A DNA stretch of 64,000 nt from Obrimoposthia wandeli (taxonomy: Eukaryota). The position numbers and the translations under genes are program-made. Below, one piece after another: positions 44,520 through 57,947 of this stretch. The notes under the pieces are model-generated. The model searched no databases and was not told where the DNA came from. It saw only the letters and a list, made by a program, of their open reading frames with translations. The stretch spans positions 62,001 to 126,000 of the forward strand of contig CDROCS010005585.1 of NCBI GenBank assembly GCA_977020255.1. Reading direction: 5' to 3'. The stretch's first letter is position 1. Each line of letters begins with the position of its first letter.

Positions 44520-44940
44520 TTAATTGATTTTAAACCATCAAATTCTCATCTTCATCCGAACTGAGTTCGATCACCGGTACCTTTTTTCGGAGTTTCATCT
44601 TCTTCTTCCATCATGTTTATGTGATGTGCGATGAGATAATCAATTAGAAAAAGCTTGATATCCAAATCCATTTCAGTTGAGAAGTTGTTTTCCTCTTCAT
44701 TTTCTTCTGATGATGATATTGACGATGAATAGATTGAAATTTCTTCATCATCAGCAGCATCCATGTTTACATCAGCAGTCATATCTCCATTGGTAATGTT
44801 TCGACTGCTGTGCTCAGATCGACCACCATGCTATTTTCTTCTTCTTTTGGCTTTACGAAGAGTGCTTTGGACGATACAGAAGATTTATTTGCTTATTTTG
44901 CTTATATGTCCATCTTCATAGTCATCACTTCTAATATTAT
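44520..44940 (-). pseudogene. Acidic low-complexity ORF remnant with SIM-like VPVIELSSDEDE
   Basis: ORF 44552-44782 is D/E/S-rich; a frameshift in an A-run gives ...ETPKK/VPVIELSSDEDENLM. Origin unknown. Confidence 0.3.
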
Positions 44941-47554
44941 TTATTTTAATTGTAATTGTATAAAAAGTATTATTCTTACTCGTTAAATAATAATATCAGA
45001 CTGAATTAAAATGTAATATTATAAATATTTCTATGAACTAAATGATCTGAAAACTTTAGAATTATTATTGTCGTTCAATATAATTATAGGCATTTAAAAA
45101 CAATATTAAAATAATAAATAAACTAAATGGTTTGATCTATTTCCATTCATAAAGTCCAACTTTCGACCGTAAGTAATTATTCAATATAATCAGCTTATAA
45201 AATCTACAATTTTATTAATGTTAATAGAAAGCAGATAATATCCGACATAGAATATCAATGTTAACAATTACATGTAATTTATTTTCCCATAAAAATACAG
45301 AGTTAATATGTCTTTTAACCCTACATGAATTATTAAGCTCCTACTAATCACTCTTCTGCGCGCGGTTATAAAGAAATATCACTGTACACGGGCACGGAAC
45401 TGGTTGAGTTACTAAGCTCCATAAATCTCCCATATGTTGCCATAGTCAATAATGGATGGCTGCAATGACGCAATATCGATTGACAGTGCATTATTAATGA
45501 AGTCAGTCGCAACAGAGGGATCGATCACGTCCGCAACCCTGGCAACAACGAGTACTTTACCCTTCTCTTTCAGTGGTTACTTTTCCCTCTTAAAAAAAAT
45601 TGACCCCGAACACAGAGTATTGGCTAATTTACTATATCGCTCAGCCAGTCTCAGCTGACATTTGCAGTCATTAGAAATACGTCAAAACTTTGATCAAGAT
45701 TCTAAAATAACATCGTGTAACATTCTGAATTTTATTATTTTCCTTAACTTGTATCCTCAAACCATATTTATATATTCTGTTCCGATTTAAAAGTTATTTT
45801 ATCCCCTCTTTCACGCCATTTAACGATTTTTCCTTTTTGTAAATAACCCATACATTGTTTGAATATGCACATTTTTATTGTTTTTTCCCGTTATTCACTC
45901 GATATCATTGTATGAAAACTCAAACTGTTATAAAAAATTATGCTAATTTATATAAATCCAAAAAATCTTACAATACATTTTTAATGCAGTAGAAAAATTA
46001 AATGAACTAATTTTGGAACATAACAACTAAAATAAGTACTAATATAATCTTAAAATAATCCTTAAGTTTATAGTCATCCAAAATAATAATGGACGTAATA
46101 CTTTGTTGGATTAAGTAGAAAATAACTTTTTTTAATGAAAATTATATACTTTGTAAATTTATTTTCCAAGATTTCACCGCCAAGTAATTAACTAATCTGA
46201 AAACATATGTTTAATTAACAAAAGAGACATCATATCACATCAGAATTTGTATTTACAGTCACCTCCACCTTCGCTGACAAAAAAAGCAATATTACAAATA
46301 TAAGTGAAATTAGAAATAACAAATTCATAACACAAAATAAATATCGAAATCTTGCAATCTATTAATTGATTTATGCATATATCCTTTAATTAAAAAATAA
46401 ATTATAACACGTACATATTTTATCAATTTATATTCATATAATTTATGTCAAAATATATTTTATGAATTTCTTCATTATCCAATTATTATATTAACTCGAG
46501 AACAGCAAAATTCAACGGGTAATTAATATGTAGAAATATACCGAATTTTGTGTCACTTTATTATAAATATAAGTCTTAAAAATGAGAGGAGGCTTCCGTG
46601 CTCACCTTAAAGGGATTGAGTATTTCCTAAGATATAACAACAAAGATACTATTTTTTGCAAAATCACGTTTAACTTCTAAGTTAGTTTAAATATTTTAGG
46701 TAAAATATGTTATAAACAATATGAAATTTTAATTTTCAGTAGATATTTACAGAATTTTAAAATTAAACATTTCATAAAAATATTTAATAATTATGAATTT
46801 GAATCATATGGTCGTTTTTGAAATTTGAACAATATTTATTGTACAGTTTTTTGTCCAGTATTTAAGTTTTATATACTAAATTTCAAAACGGATTTTACTT
46901 ATTTTTTTTTAAATATTATTTTTCATTCAGTTCAGGAATCAAGTATATGCAAGCTTGTTTTTACTTATAAGGTTTGTTTTCTTTTCAGACATGTTTTCAA
47001 ATTTGCGTGATTTTCGGGTTAATAGAAAACAGCAAAAGTTTAAAACACAAGAAGATGTAAAATAATATTTTGTAAAGATAATATTTTAATTTAATCAGAA
47101 ATTTCAAAGTATTACAATGTTAAAATAATAAAAAAAATTTAAATAATGAAAATAGAATTTTTTAAGAAAATTACCAAGGATTATAAAATTTGATATATTT
47201 TCAACATACAAAAATATATTTAATACAAGGTATTTCTAGCGTTTCGTTTACCTACAAACTGACTTATTCCGAGCGTCCTTATCAAACATTTGATTTGGTA
47301 CAATTTAAAATCCATAAATCTTTAACTATTATCTATCTTTACTCTGAAATTAAGGGGTATTATATACTAAATCTTTAACCATTTATATACAAATTCTATT
47401 TGGGAAAGGTTTGGTCTATGAATAACATTTTATAAGAAAGTAGGTACTTTGATGGAGTATATGTTGCCTCACCATAAGGGTGTCACATCATAAGAGTATA
47501 TGTTGACTCACCATAGTGGTGTCTAGCCACACCATAAGGGTTTGGCTCAGAAAG

Positions 47555-48000
47555 GTTATGAAGGTTTGAAGGTATGGTTGTGACCATCTATGATAGGCTA
47601 ACATACCCAAGGGATTTTGGTCGTCCATTGATGAAAGGGTCAGAGTCAGTTTTGACTTGAAGGTTTGAAGGTATGGTCATGACCATCTATAGTTGACCAA
47701 CACATCGGTCATATATGAAGGGGTCGGGCTAAAGACAAAATCAAGTTTTAAATTTCAAGGTTTGAATACATGGTTGGAATCATCTTTAGAAGTCAAATTC
47801 ATTCATAAAGGTATGGTCGTCCATAGATGAAGGGTTAAAAAAAGTTGGAATTTCTAAGTTTTAAGTACATGGTTGTATTTGTCAACATATTATGCGTTTA
47901 ATCATGTAAAAATTTTATTGTCATCCACAAGTTAAGGGTCAGATTTGGAACAAACTTGATAATTTTATTACATGGTTGTATTTGTCAATGAAAATTGAGT
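47555..48000. repeat. Degenerate ~100-bp tandem array (~5 units) inside the left arm
   Basis: Recurrent GGTTTGAAGGTATGGT / TACATGGTTGTATTTGTCAA core near 47563, 47662, 47760, 47865 and 47965. Confidence 0.7.
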
Positions 48001-49625
48001 TCCACCATACCCTTAAAGTCATGCATCTTTAAGACGTCCTTGTAATTTCAAAAAAAATAAAAATATTCATATATATTTTTTATTTTAATTTGTGGCAAAT
48101 TTTTCATCGTTTCTATTGATTTAATTAAACAAATTTTAATTTAACGAATTTTTTATTTTATATAAGGGTATAGGTTAAAGTAACATTTAGAATAAATATT
48201 AAAGAAAAATGATTAATAAACTCAAAATACTTTACTAACATTTTTTATAATTATTTAAATTTATGCAAATTTTTATTAATTTTATTAATGTAATTAAACA
48301 ATTTTATTTAATAGAATTAAGATATCCTGGAGGAAAAATAAAAAATACTTGTAATTTTTTTCTCGTCAAAATATTAATTTAAATTTAAATTTGTGCCAAT
48401 TTAATTTGTTAGATATTATTAAAGTTAAACAAATTTTAATTTAACAGGTTTTTAAATAAACTATTAAAGTACCAAACACATCTATAGTAATCAATAAATT
48501 ACGCTATTTGAAAATTTAGGTTAAGCTTCACTCTTATCAGTTAAGGAATGTATTGTGTAATAATACACACTATGCTATGTGAAAACAATTTTGTTTAATA
48601 AAATTAAAAGGTTCTGATAAAAATACTTGTAATTTCAAAAAATAATATTTTATTTTTTTTAATTTAAATTTGGGCCAAATTCATTTTTTAGTTTTTGGTA
48701 AATAAAATATTAAAGTATCATTATTTAAAATAAAAATTAAGCAAAATGTTTAATAAAAATTCAAAATACTTTTTGTTGTAGCAAATATTTAAATGTATGT
48801 AAATTTTCATTAATTTTAATGATTTATTTAAACAAAATGGTTTGAAAATCCAAACATTAAAAAAAATTATAAAATAAAAATATAAAAGTAAAATTTGTTA
48901 AATTAAAATGTGTGTTTTTTAAAAGAAATAATTAATAATTTGATAAATATTCATCTTACCACAAGTTATTCATCGAATCCATTGATTTATATCTGACAGC
49001 CTATTAGCATTATTCTATAATCTGACTGTAACTTTAGAAAAAATAACAAATTTATTACATTAAAATTTAAAAATTGCGCTTTTTTATGTTTAAATATAAT
49101 GTATTAAAACAATGACACACATCGTTTCAAACGCAGGGCAATTCATATTAATTATAACTAATTTATTAAAATAAACAAATTTACAAGTAATATTTGATAT
49201 ATATATACATTTTTTTAATATATAAATAATTTTATTTTAAAAATATTTCAAGTTCAACTATTAACTACTAAAATACAAATTTTATTTTAAAATAATAGAA
49301 TAATACAAGATATAAACTCACTTGTACTTATTTTTTTTTACAATTTGATCTTCTTTTGATTTTAATAACTTAAATTTTGATAAAAGTCTGTAACATTATC
49401 AATTCTAACATTATTTTTAAATTACCGCGATTTTTATATTGTCACATTTGCTGTATTTAAACAAATGTATATACAAACACAACCTATTTATTATAACTCT
49501 AAGTTAAATATCTTAAATATTTATTAATTTTAAAATTGCATTATTTTATGATTGTAATTTATGCCTAAAATAATGATAAACATATTAAAAATATAATAAT
49601 TATAAAGCAAATTTAAAAAAAATAA

Positions 49626-49630
<5 letters not shown>

Positions 49631-49683
<53 letters not shown>

Positions 49684-49694
49684 TAGATAGATAT
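49631..49694. repeat. (AT)n microsatellite followed by (AGAT)n
   Basis: Directly visible. Confidence 0.97.
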
Positions 49695-52600
49695 AAAGTG
49701 AAATCATTTGCTATTATTAATTTGTAATTATGAAATTAATACTAGGAACCAATGAATAACATTAATAATCTTTTACATTATATTAATAAATATGTAAAAT
49801 TTCGTTTGTGTTTTCTCTTACATAATTTTCACACGTTAAAATGATTAATTCACACACACATAAATAATTAAAAATTCTTATCTCATTTAATAACATTCCT
49901 TAATTGAATTTTTTTTAAACTGATAAATTTTAATTCTTTATTTTTAAAGAACTTGGTTATAGAAATGTTTATTTATATAATTTGAGTATTAACATTATTC
50001 GATTTACACTTTAAATATTCGAAATTATCTGTAACACATTAAAAGAAACTTCAATTTTAAAAAAAATGTATCAAATATTGAAAATTTATTTGCAAACACA
50101 TATTATTCAAAGCTACTGAAAGCTTCGTCTATAAATTAGAATATCAAATCTTTAATTATATTGTTTTATATGTAAATAAATCAAATTATGTACATATTCG
50201 ATTATCAACTTATTATTTCCATTTCTTATTCAACTTTCTAAAATATTAAAAAATCTTTTGTGAGAAAAGATAAAATTAATAATCGATCGTATGAATTAAT
50301 ACAAATGTAAATATAAATAAAAGCAATTACAATTAACAATGAATGCCGTTACAAGTACAAGTAAGAAAGAATACGAATACAATTTTGAATGAATACGAAT
50401 GCAAGAACAAATGTATTCAAGTACAAGAATGAATGGATATTATTAAAAATATTAATGAATTTGAGATATACTTTGAATAAATGAGAGTTAGAATGAAAGT
50501 AAATGAATACAAGTATGCATGCAAGGGAATGCAAATAAGAGTAAGAGTTTCCACAAGTGAATGTGTAAACTTCGAATGAGTAACAGTGTAAGCAGATGGG
50601 AAAAAATAAGAGTGTCGAGACTATGATTGAATGCGAGTATAATTTAGACTATAAGTAAATTAAAATAGAGTTTTCGTATTTATAAAAGTTATGTTAAGTT
50701 ACAGTTAGATTAATAACAAGTAAGCAGCTATAAGAAGTAGTGATACTGAATTATGTTAAAAGTTAGAAAGACTAAGTTACAGCGAGATTACTAGGAAACA
50801 ACACTATGTTTGAAAATAATTCTAAATGTGAGTAAAACTATAGACAAGTAAGTCATTAGAAATGTATGATTGAATGTAAATGTAAATCACAATGTAAATA
50901 AATGAGTTAGATATTATGGTTGAAAATTATGTTAGAGATTATGGTTACATTATTCAACTTTCAAAATATTATAAAAAAATATTTTATAAACTAGTAAAAT
51001 TAAGAGTCTCAAGTTAATAAGAGTTACAGATTATGGTTTAAAATGATACTAAGTGATAACAAGAGTAAGTAAAAAAAAGTTAGTAATATCGGATGTGTAA
51101 ATGAACTAGAGTTATAGAGTATGACTGAAATTGTAACTGAGGATGTTAATTAATATAACCTTCACACAATATATATATATATATTTAAATTACTTGATAT
51201 TTTTTGCCATTATTTAATTAATATAATAAGAATATTCCATTTATTTATTCAAAAGCATAGTGTGTATTATTACGCAATACATTCCTTAACTGATAAGAGT
51301 GAACCTTAACCTAAATTTTCACATAGCGTAATTGATTGATTACTATAGATGTATTTGGTACTTTAATATTTTATTTAAAAATCTGTTAAATTAAAATTTG
51401 TTTAACTTTAATAATATCTAACAAATTAAATTGGCACAAATTTAAATTTAAATTAAATTAATATTTTGAAGAGAAAAAAATTACAATTATTTTTATTTTT
51501 TCACCAGGATATCTTAATTCTATTAAATACAATTGTTTAATTACATTAATAAAATTAATAAAAATTTGCATAAATTTAAATAATTATAAAAAATGTTAGT
51601 AAAGTATTTTGAGTTTATTAAACATTTTTCTTTAATATTTATTCTAAATAATGTTACTTTAACCTATACCCTTATAATGTGACACCCTTTAACATGGTGT
51701 GCGCACACAAGGGGACCCCCCAATGGTCTAGACTCCATCAAAGTACCTATTTAAGTATTATTTACATTGCAATAAATATCGGGTCTAGCATTATTTTATT
51801 GTAGCCCACAACTGTAATCATTTTTATGTTGGTATTATAGTCATTTATATTTTTCGACACTCAAGTTTCCATAAAATTTACTGATTATAAACTATCCATA
51901 ATAACACACAATTATAGAACTTATCATTTTTTTATATATGATTTATTTTAAAATGATTTTTCATGATAGTTCCAAAATTATTAGTAAATATAAATTTGAA
52001 AAATGATTAATTTTTGAAGAAAATTAATTATTATTTTTATTAAAAGTATTTCGACAAATAGTTTACATAAATAGTTAACTCATATGACAACTTTTTTTTT
52101 GTATTTGATGGTTTTCTATAAACATTTTGGGCATTAGTCGGACTTGGCCCATATAAACAAGAATAAATCGCCATTTTTCAAAAAAATGGTGATTACAGCT
52201 GATATTTTTTGGATTTCTTAAATAAAATTTTAAAACATAATTATTAAATAATAAATATATATAAATATAATTATAATAATTAAAAGTATTAAAAATAACA
52301 AAATAATTACAATATTAAAATAATTTTAAACTTATAAAATAGTAGCATAGTTTCAATAATTTACCAATTTATTATATGAAATTTTATATAATTTATTAGA
52401 AGTTTTTTAATTTATAATTATTATTAATTTAAAAAAATTGCAATATTTTATTATGGAGCTAAAAATGTTCAATTTTGAAATATTTAGAAAGAATAATATG
52501 CAAACGTGCGAAGAACTTCAGAATTAATGTATTGTTTAATATTTTAATTTATCAAATATATGTTTAATACGTTATTTAATAATTTTAATATAATAATTTA

Positions 52601-53559
52601 ATTAAATAATAATAATTTATATATAATAATTTATAATATTTTTATTTTAATATTTGTAACAACAGTATTCTTATAAATACCCAGTAGTATAAAATCTCAA
52701 AGAATACAATTTATAAACGTCTAGGGAAGTAAATTAACCGAAATTATAAACTTTTTTTATTTGTTTGGGCAAACACCGTCTTCAGACACATTTTGTACAT
52801 ATTAAACTATATAGTAATTTAAATGCATTACCCAAATTAATTTGTTTAATAAATTTATAAAACATACACTTATTTTTTGTTTCTAAATTCTTCTAATAAA
52901 TTCCAAGACATATCCTAAACATTTTTCGAAATTAGTTTGGTTATCCTTTGTGAGAGATATGGATTGACAAACATTAAGTACATTTACCAAACCACGAAAA
53001 AAACGTTACGTGGATGCTACGGTGTGAAATATAAAAATGTTTCATTACTCTCACTACCCCTGTCGCTCAAAGTAGACTCAAGCAATTATTCAACAGACGC
53101 TCTGATCACGTGTTCGAGATCGGGATAAGATACTTATCGACGATAGCGCTTTTCTGAGCTGCAACGAATTGCAGTTACAGGGACGAACAACTAACCAGCC
53201 TGATACAGCGCATGTACATAAGCTTCTTAGCACATATGTTATTTATTGATGAAAAGTTTAGCAAGAATATTTGAATGTATGTCATAACAATTTATTCCGA
53301 TGTATATTTTTAAGAAAAACTTTTAACATTGTTTCCCTAATTTTCTATATAGACTGAGCAGATAATTATTCCAAAGAATTATCTTTATTTATTTAGCTTT
53401 CAATTAATACTTAAAATTTTACTTAGTTTGTATCTAAGAAAATCTTGTATTATTAATAACACGTGACAAGCATCGTGAGTTCAAATGATTTTATACGCGT
53501 TTTATTTAATCAATTGAAAATGCAGTTATTGCAAAGACCAATTAGATAGAATATTATGT

Positions 53560-54130
53560 GTTAGGAATTGTTTGCAAGCCAACCATGACTGGAATGCAAC
53601 TTTTCTCTGATGAGAAGAAAAAAATAAACGGGACGGGCATGATGATTGGCGACCATATTGACCAGAATCATCATCAGTTACCAGACGAAGTAGACTTTAT
53701 GGTGGATGGGGAATAATGATTTGATAATAAAATAGTTGAAAACAAGTTAATTCATTGAAATACAAGAATTCTATTGAAAACAGTGCAGTACCCATCAAAA
53801 TCCCTAAACCAGTGCAAGCGTTTTTTCTACCTAAAAGACAACGTGAGTGTTCATAAAGCTGCAGTACTTCGAAAGTGTTTCAAAACCAAAAATATAAAAG
53901 TTTTAAAATTGCCAGCCAAGTCACTCAAACTAACTTTAGCTCATTTAGAATGTAATAGCTGATCGAGAGTATGATGTACCACAATTCATGAATAGACGTG
54001 ATTTGATAGCTGAAGAACAAGAAACATTTATAATATCAATCAAAGATAGAGAACATTGATAACAGATTTTAAAAACTATGGATTCTAGATTGTGTACTGT
54101 ATCGGAAAATAAGACAGAACTATCTATTTG
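53560..54130 (+). pseudogene. Decayed Tc1-like transposase
   Basis: FSDEKK-like motif, then FYLKDNVSVHKA...KNIKVLKLPAKS, matching FQQDNASIH...VLDWPARSPDL. Confidence 0.6.
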
Positions 54131-54889
54131 TGTAAACGTTTTGTGTTATTAATATTTCTCTGTTTTTTAATAAATGTATCAAATAATATATAATTTATTG
54201 AGGATTTAACAATTAACTTATGCGACTCTTCACTTCTCAATGTAGTATCAATTGAACTTTTTTAATTTAATCCGATCAATTATTATCTTGGTTTATGTTT
54301 TCTGAAAAATTAAGACTATTTTAAATCCAATTCTAACTTTTATCGGCAGCCAATGTTATTGTATAATATATGCTGTTATGCACCAAATAATCTTACGGCT
54401 TTGTAAAGAAAAAGTTGTAGAGCATTGAGTTCGAAAAATCTAATCTTGAACTAACTGTCACTTCTCTCGATAGATACTGGATGACCCAATATTTATTCCT
54501 TAAGTGATAATTGTAAGTCATTATCTTGTTTTGTATTTGCTGAGTTATGAACATATTTGCATCTAACAATTTTAAGATAAACTTTGATATATATTTTGTT
54601 ATCTTTTATTGTTAATTAATTTATAAATCCCTCATAGATATAATGTTTTATCAAATATTATACATTTAACTATAAACTGTTCCCAGATATCAATCTATTC
54701 AATTGTCCATTTGCTTTTTCAATCTTTGATAATCATAAATCCTGATATCAATATTTTTCTGTGATTAATTACTTTATTTGAGTCGAATAAACAACGTGTA
54801 GTCTTATTAAATCTTTTATTTAATTCGTATTCTTTATTTGTTTTATAATAATTACTAATTGTAATTATTATCCCTAATTTTTGTATATA

Positions 54890-55090
54890 GCTTCATGGAG
54901 GCCAAAAGGTCATGAACGGAACTTTTGATTGATCTATAATCATTGCACAGTTGATCTTGAAGAAATGTATACGAATATTTGAAAATTGGTAGTCATTTGA
55001 GTATGGAGGATGAAGTAATGCTTCATATAGAAGTTCATTGAGCTTCATAGTGGTTAATTTATAAAAAATATGGTATGGCATTATCATGGT
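54890..55090 (-). pseudogene. Decayed mariner transposase fragment
   Basis: KLNELLYEALLHPPYSNDYQF..IHFF matches KLxELGYEVLPHPPYSPDLAPxDYHFF. Confidence 0.65.
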
Positions 55091-57769
55091 AAATAATGAG
55101 GAGTGCCATTTAGACCATTTTCTATGTGTATATTCGATTTATATGCTATATTTTTACGAATTTTTGGTTTCGCCAGGATTTGGGAAGTTGTAATGTACAA
55201 TCCATGTTGCAAACCATTTAACAGTAACCATTACATTATTCTTGTGCACTTCAGGCTCTTGAAATATATCAATATTATTCTTCTGACATTTTTTAAGTTA
55301 AAGAAAAAAAAACAATTTTAATTAATACAGATTATTTGGTCAATTTGGTTATTAAATAAAATATACTAGAGCCATTAACGCATTAACGAATAAAGGAAAT
55401 CTTTGCGCTGAAACTCGAATCATGTAAGATTTTCTATATCCAGTTTCACCAATTTGCAGCGGTCACATTACACAGTTTTACGTCCAGAATAGCCATGTAA
55501 TTAAAATACACTATCATTACAGAAGTCTGAGACTTATAAATCATATGATACATTTTATATAATAAAGCAAATCTAAAAATGAAATGAGCATATTGTTGCA
55601 GAGGCAAAATTTGAATTCAGATATATTTTTAAACTGTCCATGTTTTCACGAACTGCTTTATGAGGGAAATTACCTTGTTTATAATTTCGCAGAAATGTGT
55701 TGTTGCGACCGATAATTGAACCACAATATCCACTACTCGCAAGTTGCAAATTCTACCGCAGATCTATAGAAGCAAATGAACACCATCTACTCTTTGGCAT
55801 TTGACTAGGCGTTTCACTTTGTGTTCTTTGCAAAATATCCGGTTGAAAAAAATTCTAATTCATTAACTTTATACTCCTTTAAATATCTTCAACTCAGACT
55901 GTAAAATGTTTTAAAAGATCCCAGATATAAATAAATCTCAAGTTGTATAATCAAGCGAGTGAGGTTGTCATGAAAGTGGACCGTATTTTCAAATCCTAAG
56001 ATTTAGGAAATAAGCATATGTTGGGCGGAGTTGTTTCTCTTCATATAAAAGCATGTAGTGCATGAGTTCTTAACGTTATATGACTTTCACGTAAGGCCTG
56101 TTCTAGGTAATCTTAAAATATCAAGATTAATAATTTGTTTGCGGAAAATACGTCTCTTTGTAAAATACTCGCTTTTCGGTTGGGGTAGTGTAAGAATTCG
56201 AGTGGTTTTATTATAAAAAATTATTATAAACGCTCACAAATGAGAATACAAAATCAAAGTATTTAAAATTTGTATGTCCTTTTATTAGGTTTATCAAAAT
56301 TGGGTTTGAATATTAGATTTTAAAAAAAGACTCAGACCATTACAGGTCTAGAAATTTATACGAATTAAAACTAAAGAAACCCTAACGGGTCGGTGTTTTG
56401 GATAATAACTAAAATAATGGTACCGTGTCAAGTTAATGATTTTAACCAGAAAATTTAAACATTTTAACAAATCGGTATGCAATTCTGTCTTACATTTGTA
56501 AACCACGGAAGTTTCTGTGTCATAGTTTCTTCATTCAAATCAGTTTATATCAGTAGTGTATGTTCATCTTCTGCTTGGTTAGTCTTGATTTGTCTCTAAA
56601 CTATGGGAGCTTCGCTGTCGTAGTCTTTTCCTCCAAATCAGCTTCTATCAATAGTGTTCGATTGTCACTGTCAATATGGTTTTCTCACTGATTGGATTCT
56701 CTACACTGTTTTCTCACTAGCTGAGTTTCACTTCTTATAGTTGGTTAAATTGGATGTCGATTGACCTTTGCTCGTGGCAGGAATTAATTCGTCAATTGGC
56801 TGCTTCTTCTACACTCTCTTCCTTCCAATAGTTTCTGTCTCACGTCTAAATCCCCTCATCAGGTAACTGTGACTAATATAGTCAGCCCAGGACACTTGAG
56901 GTTAATTAACTATATTTTAGAATATTTTAGAGTCTAATAACTTTCACTTTGTTTGGTAATTTAATTTTTTATTTAACTTTATTTGTTAATAATATATCCT
57001 TGGATTATAAATATAGCCAATTTAATTAATTCTTTTAATTAATTACTTCTTTCTGAACCTCAACACACGCAACAAGCTTCTTTTCTTAAATGACCAATGT
57101 GGATTAGCTCTATTTAACTGCTATTTTGTTGAATAAATTTATGACTTCGTTTAAGTCCGGTAATAAAGTAATCTTTAAGCATTACTTCATATGTTTCATA
57201 ATACCTTTAAAACCAAGAAGGACGTTTTTCTCCTCATATGAAATGAATTTAATACTTTTCAATACTGAAATAATCGTATCTCAAATAAACGTTTAATTCA
57301 GAAGTCGGTATGACAAAACATAGACAAAAAAATCCTATTTATTACATTTATTTTTTGTACTGTGACCAAAGGTTTGTGAAATAGAGATCAGGCGAATAAC
57401 TTGATAATTTAATAAAGTTAATTTGATTTTTAGTTTTCAATTTGAAAATCTTTAAAAGAATGTACCTACGATTCCATTTATATAACAATTCATTATGCAT
57501 TAATTAGTTAACAAAACATTTCAGTTTTTTGTAAAATCGGGTGACCAACCATGATTATGAACATTTTACCATAACGGCCTGATTATAAAGCGAGTTTTAT
57601 TCACAATTTCGTATCCTATATAGTCGTGAATAGGTAAGTCAGATTTGTAAATAAGTACTCTAGAAAATATTAAAATATTTGATCGAAATATGGTTTCCAT
57701 TTAACATATCCAAAGTCACACTATAATCGGTCAAGACGAAAATATGATGTGTCGAATTATAATTTTCAA

Positions 57770-57947
57770 TATATGGATATATGGTGTGATATGAAAAATT
57801 TAACCTGTAATTATTATGTGAAATACAACGTACACAAACACAGTATAAATGGTATGAGGTATATGGATATATGGTGTGATATGAAAAATTGAACCTGTAA
57901 TTATTATTTGAAATACAACGTACACAAACACAGTATAAATGGTATGA
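57770..57947. repeat. 90-bp tandem duplication
   Basis: Two units starting at 57770 and 57860 with two substitutions; explains the repetitive ORF 57660-57950. Confidence 0.95.

Larger units (their letters stand above)
47443..51747. mobile_element. Non-autonomous foldback-like TIR element (~4.3 kb)
   Basis: Perfect 16-bp TIR GGTACTTTGATGGAGT / ACTCCATCAAAGTACC flanked by TA. Long internal inverted arms 48161-48590 / 51245-51678 (>90% by eye). No transposase ORF. Confidence 0.8.

Noticed and set aside
45340-45680. Candidate second exon of the GPCR
   Set aside because: No TM3/DRY-type sequence in any frame; possibly non-coding regulatory DNA but unsupported.
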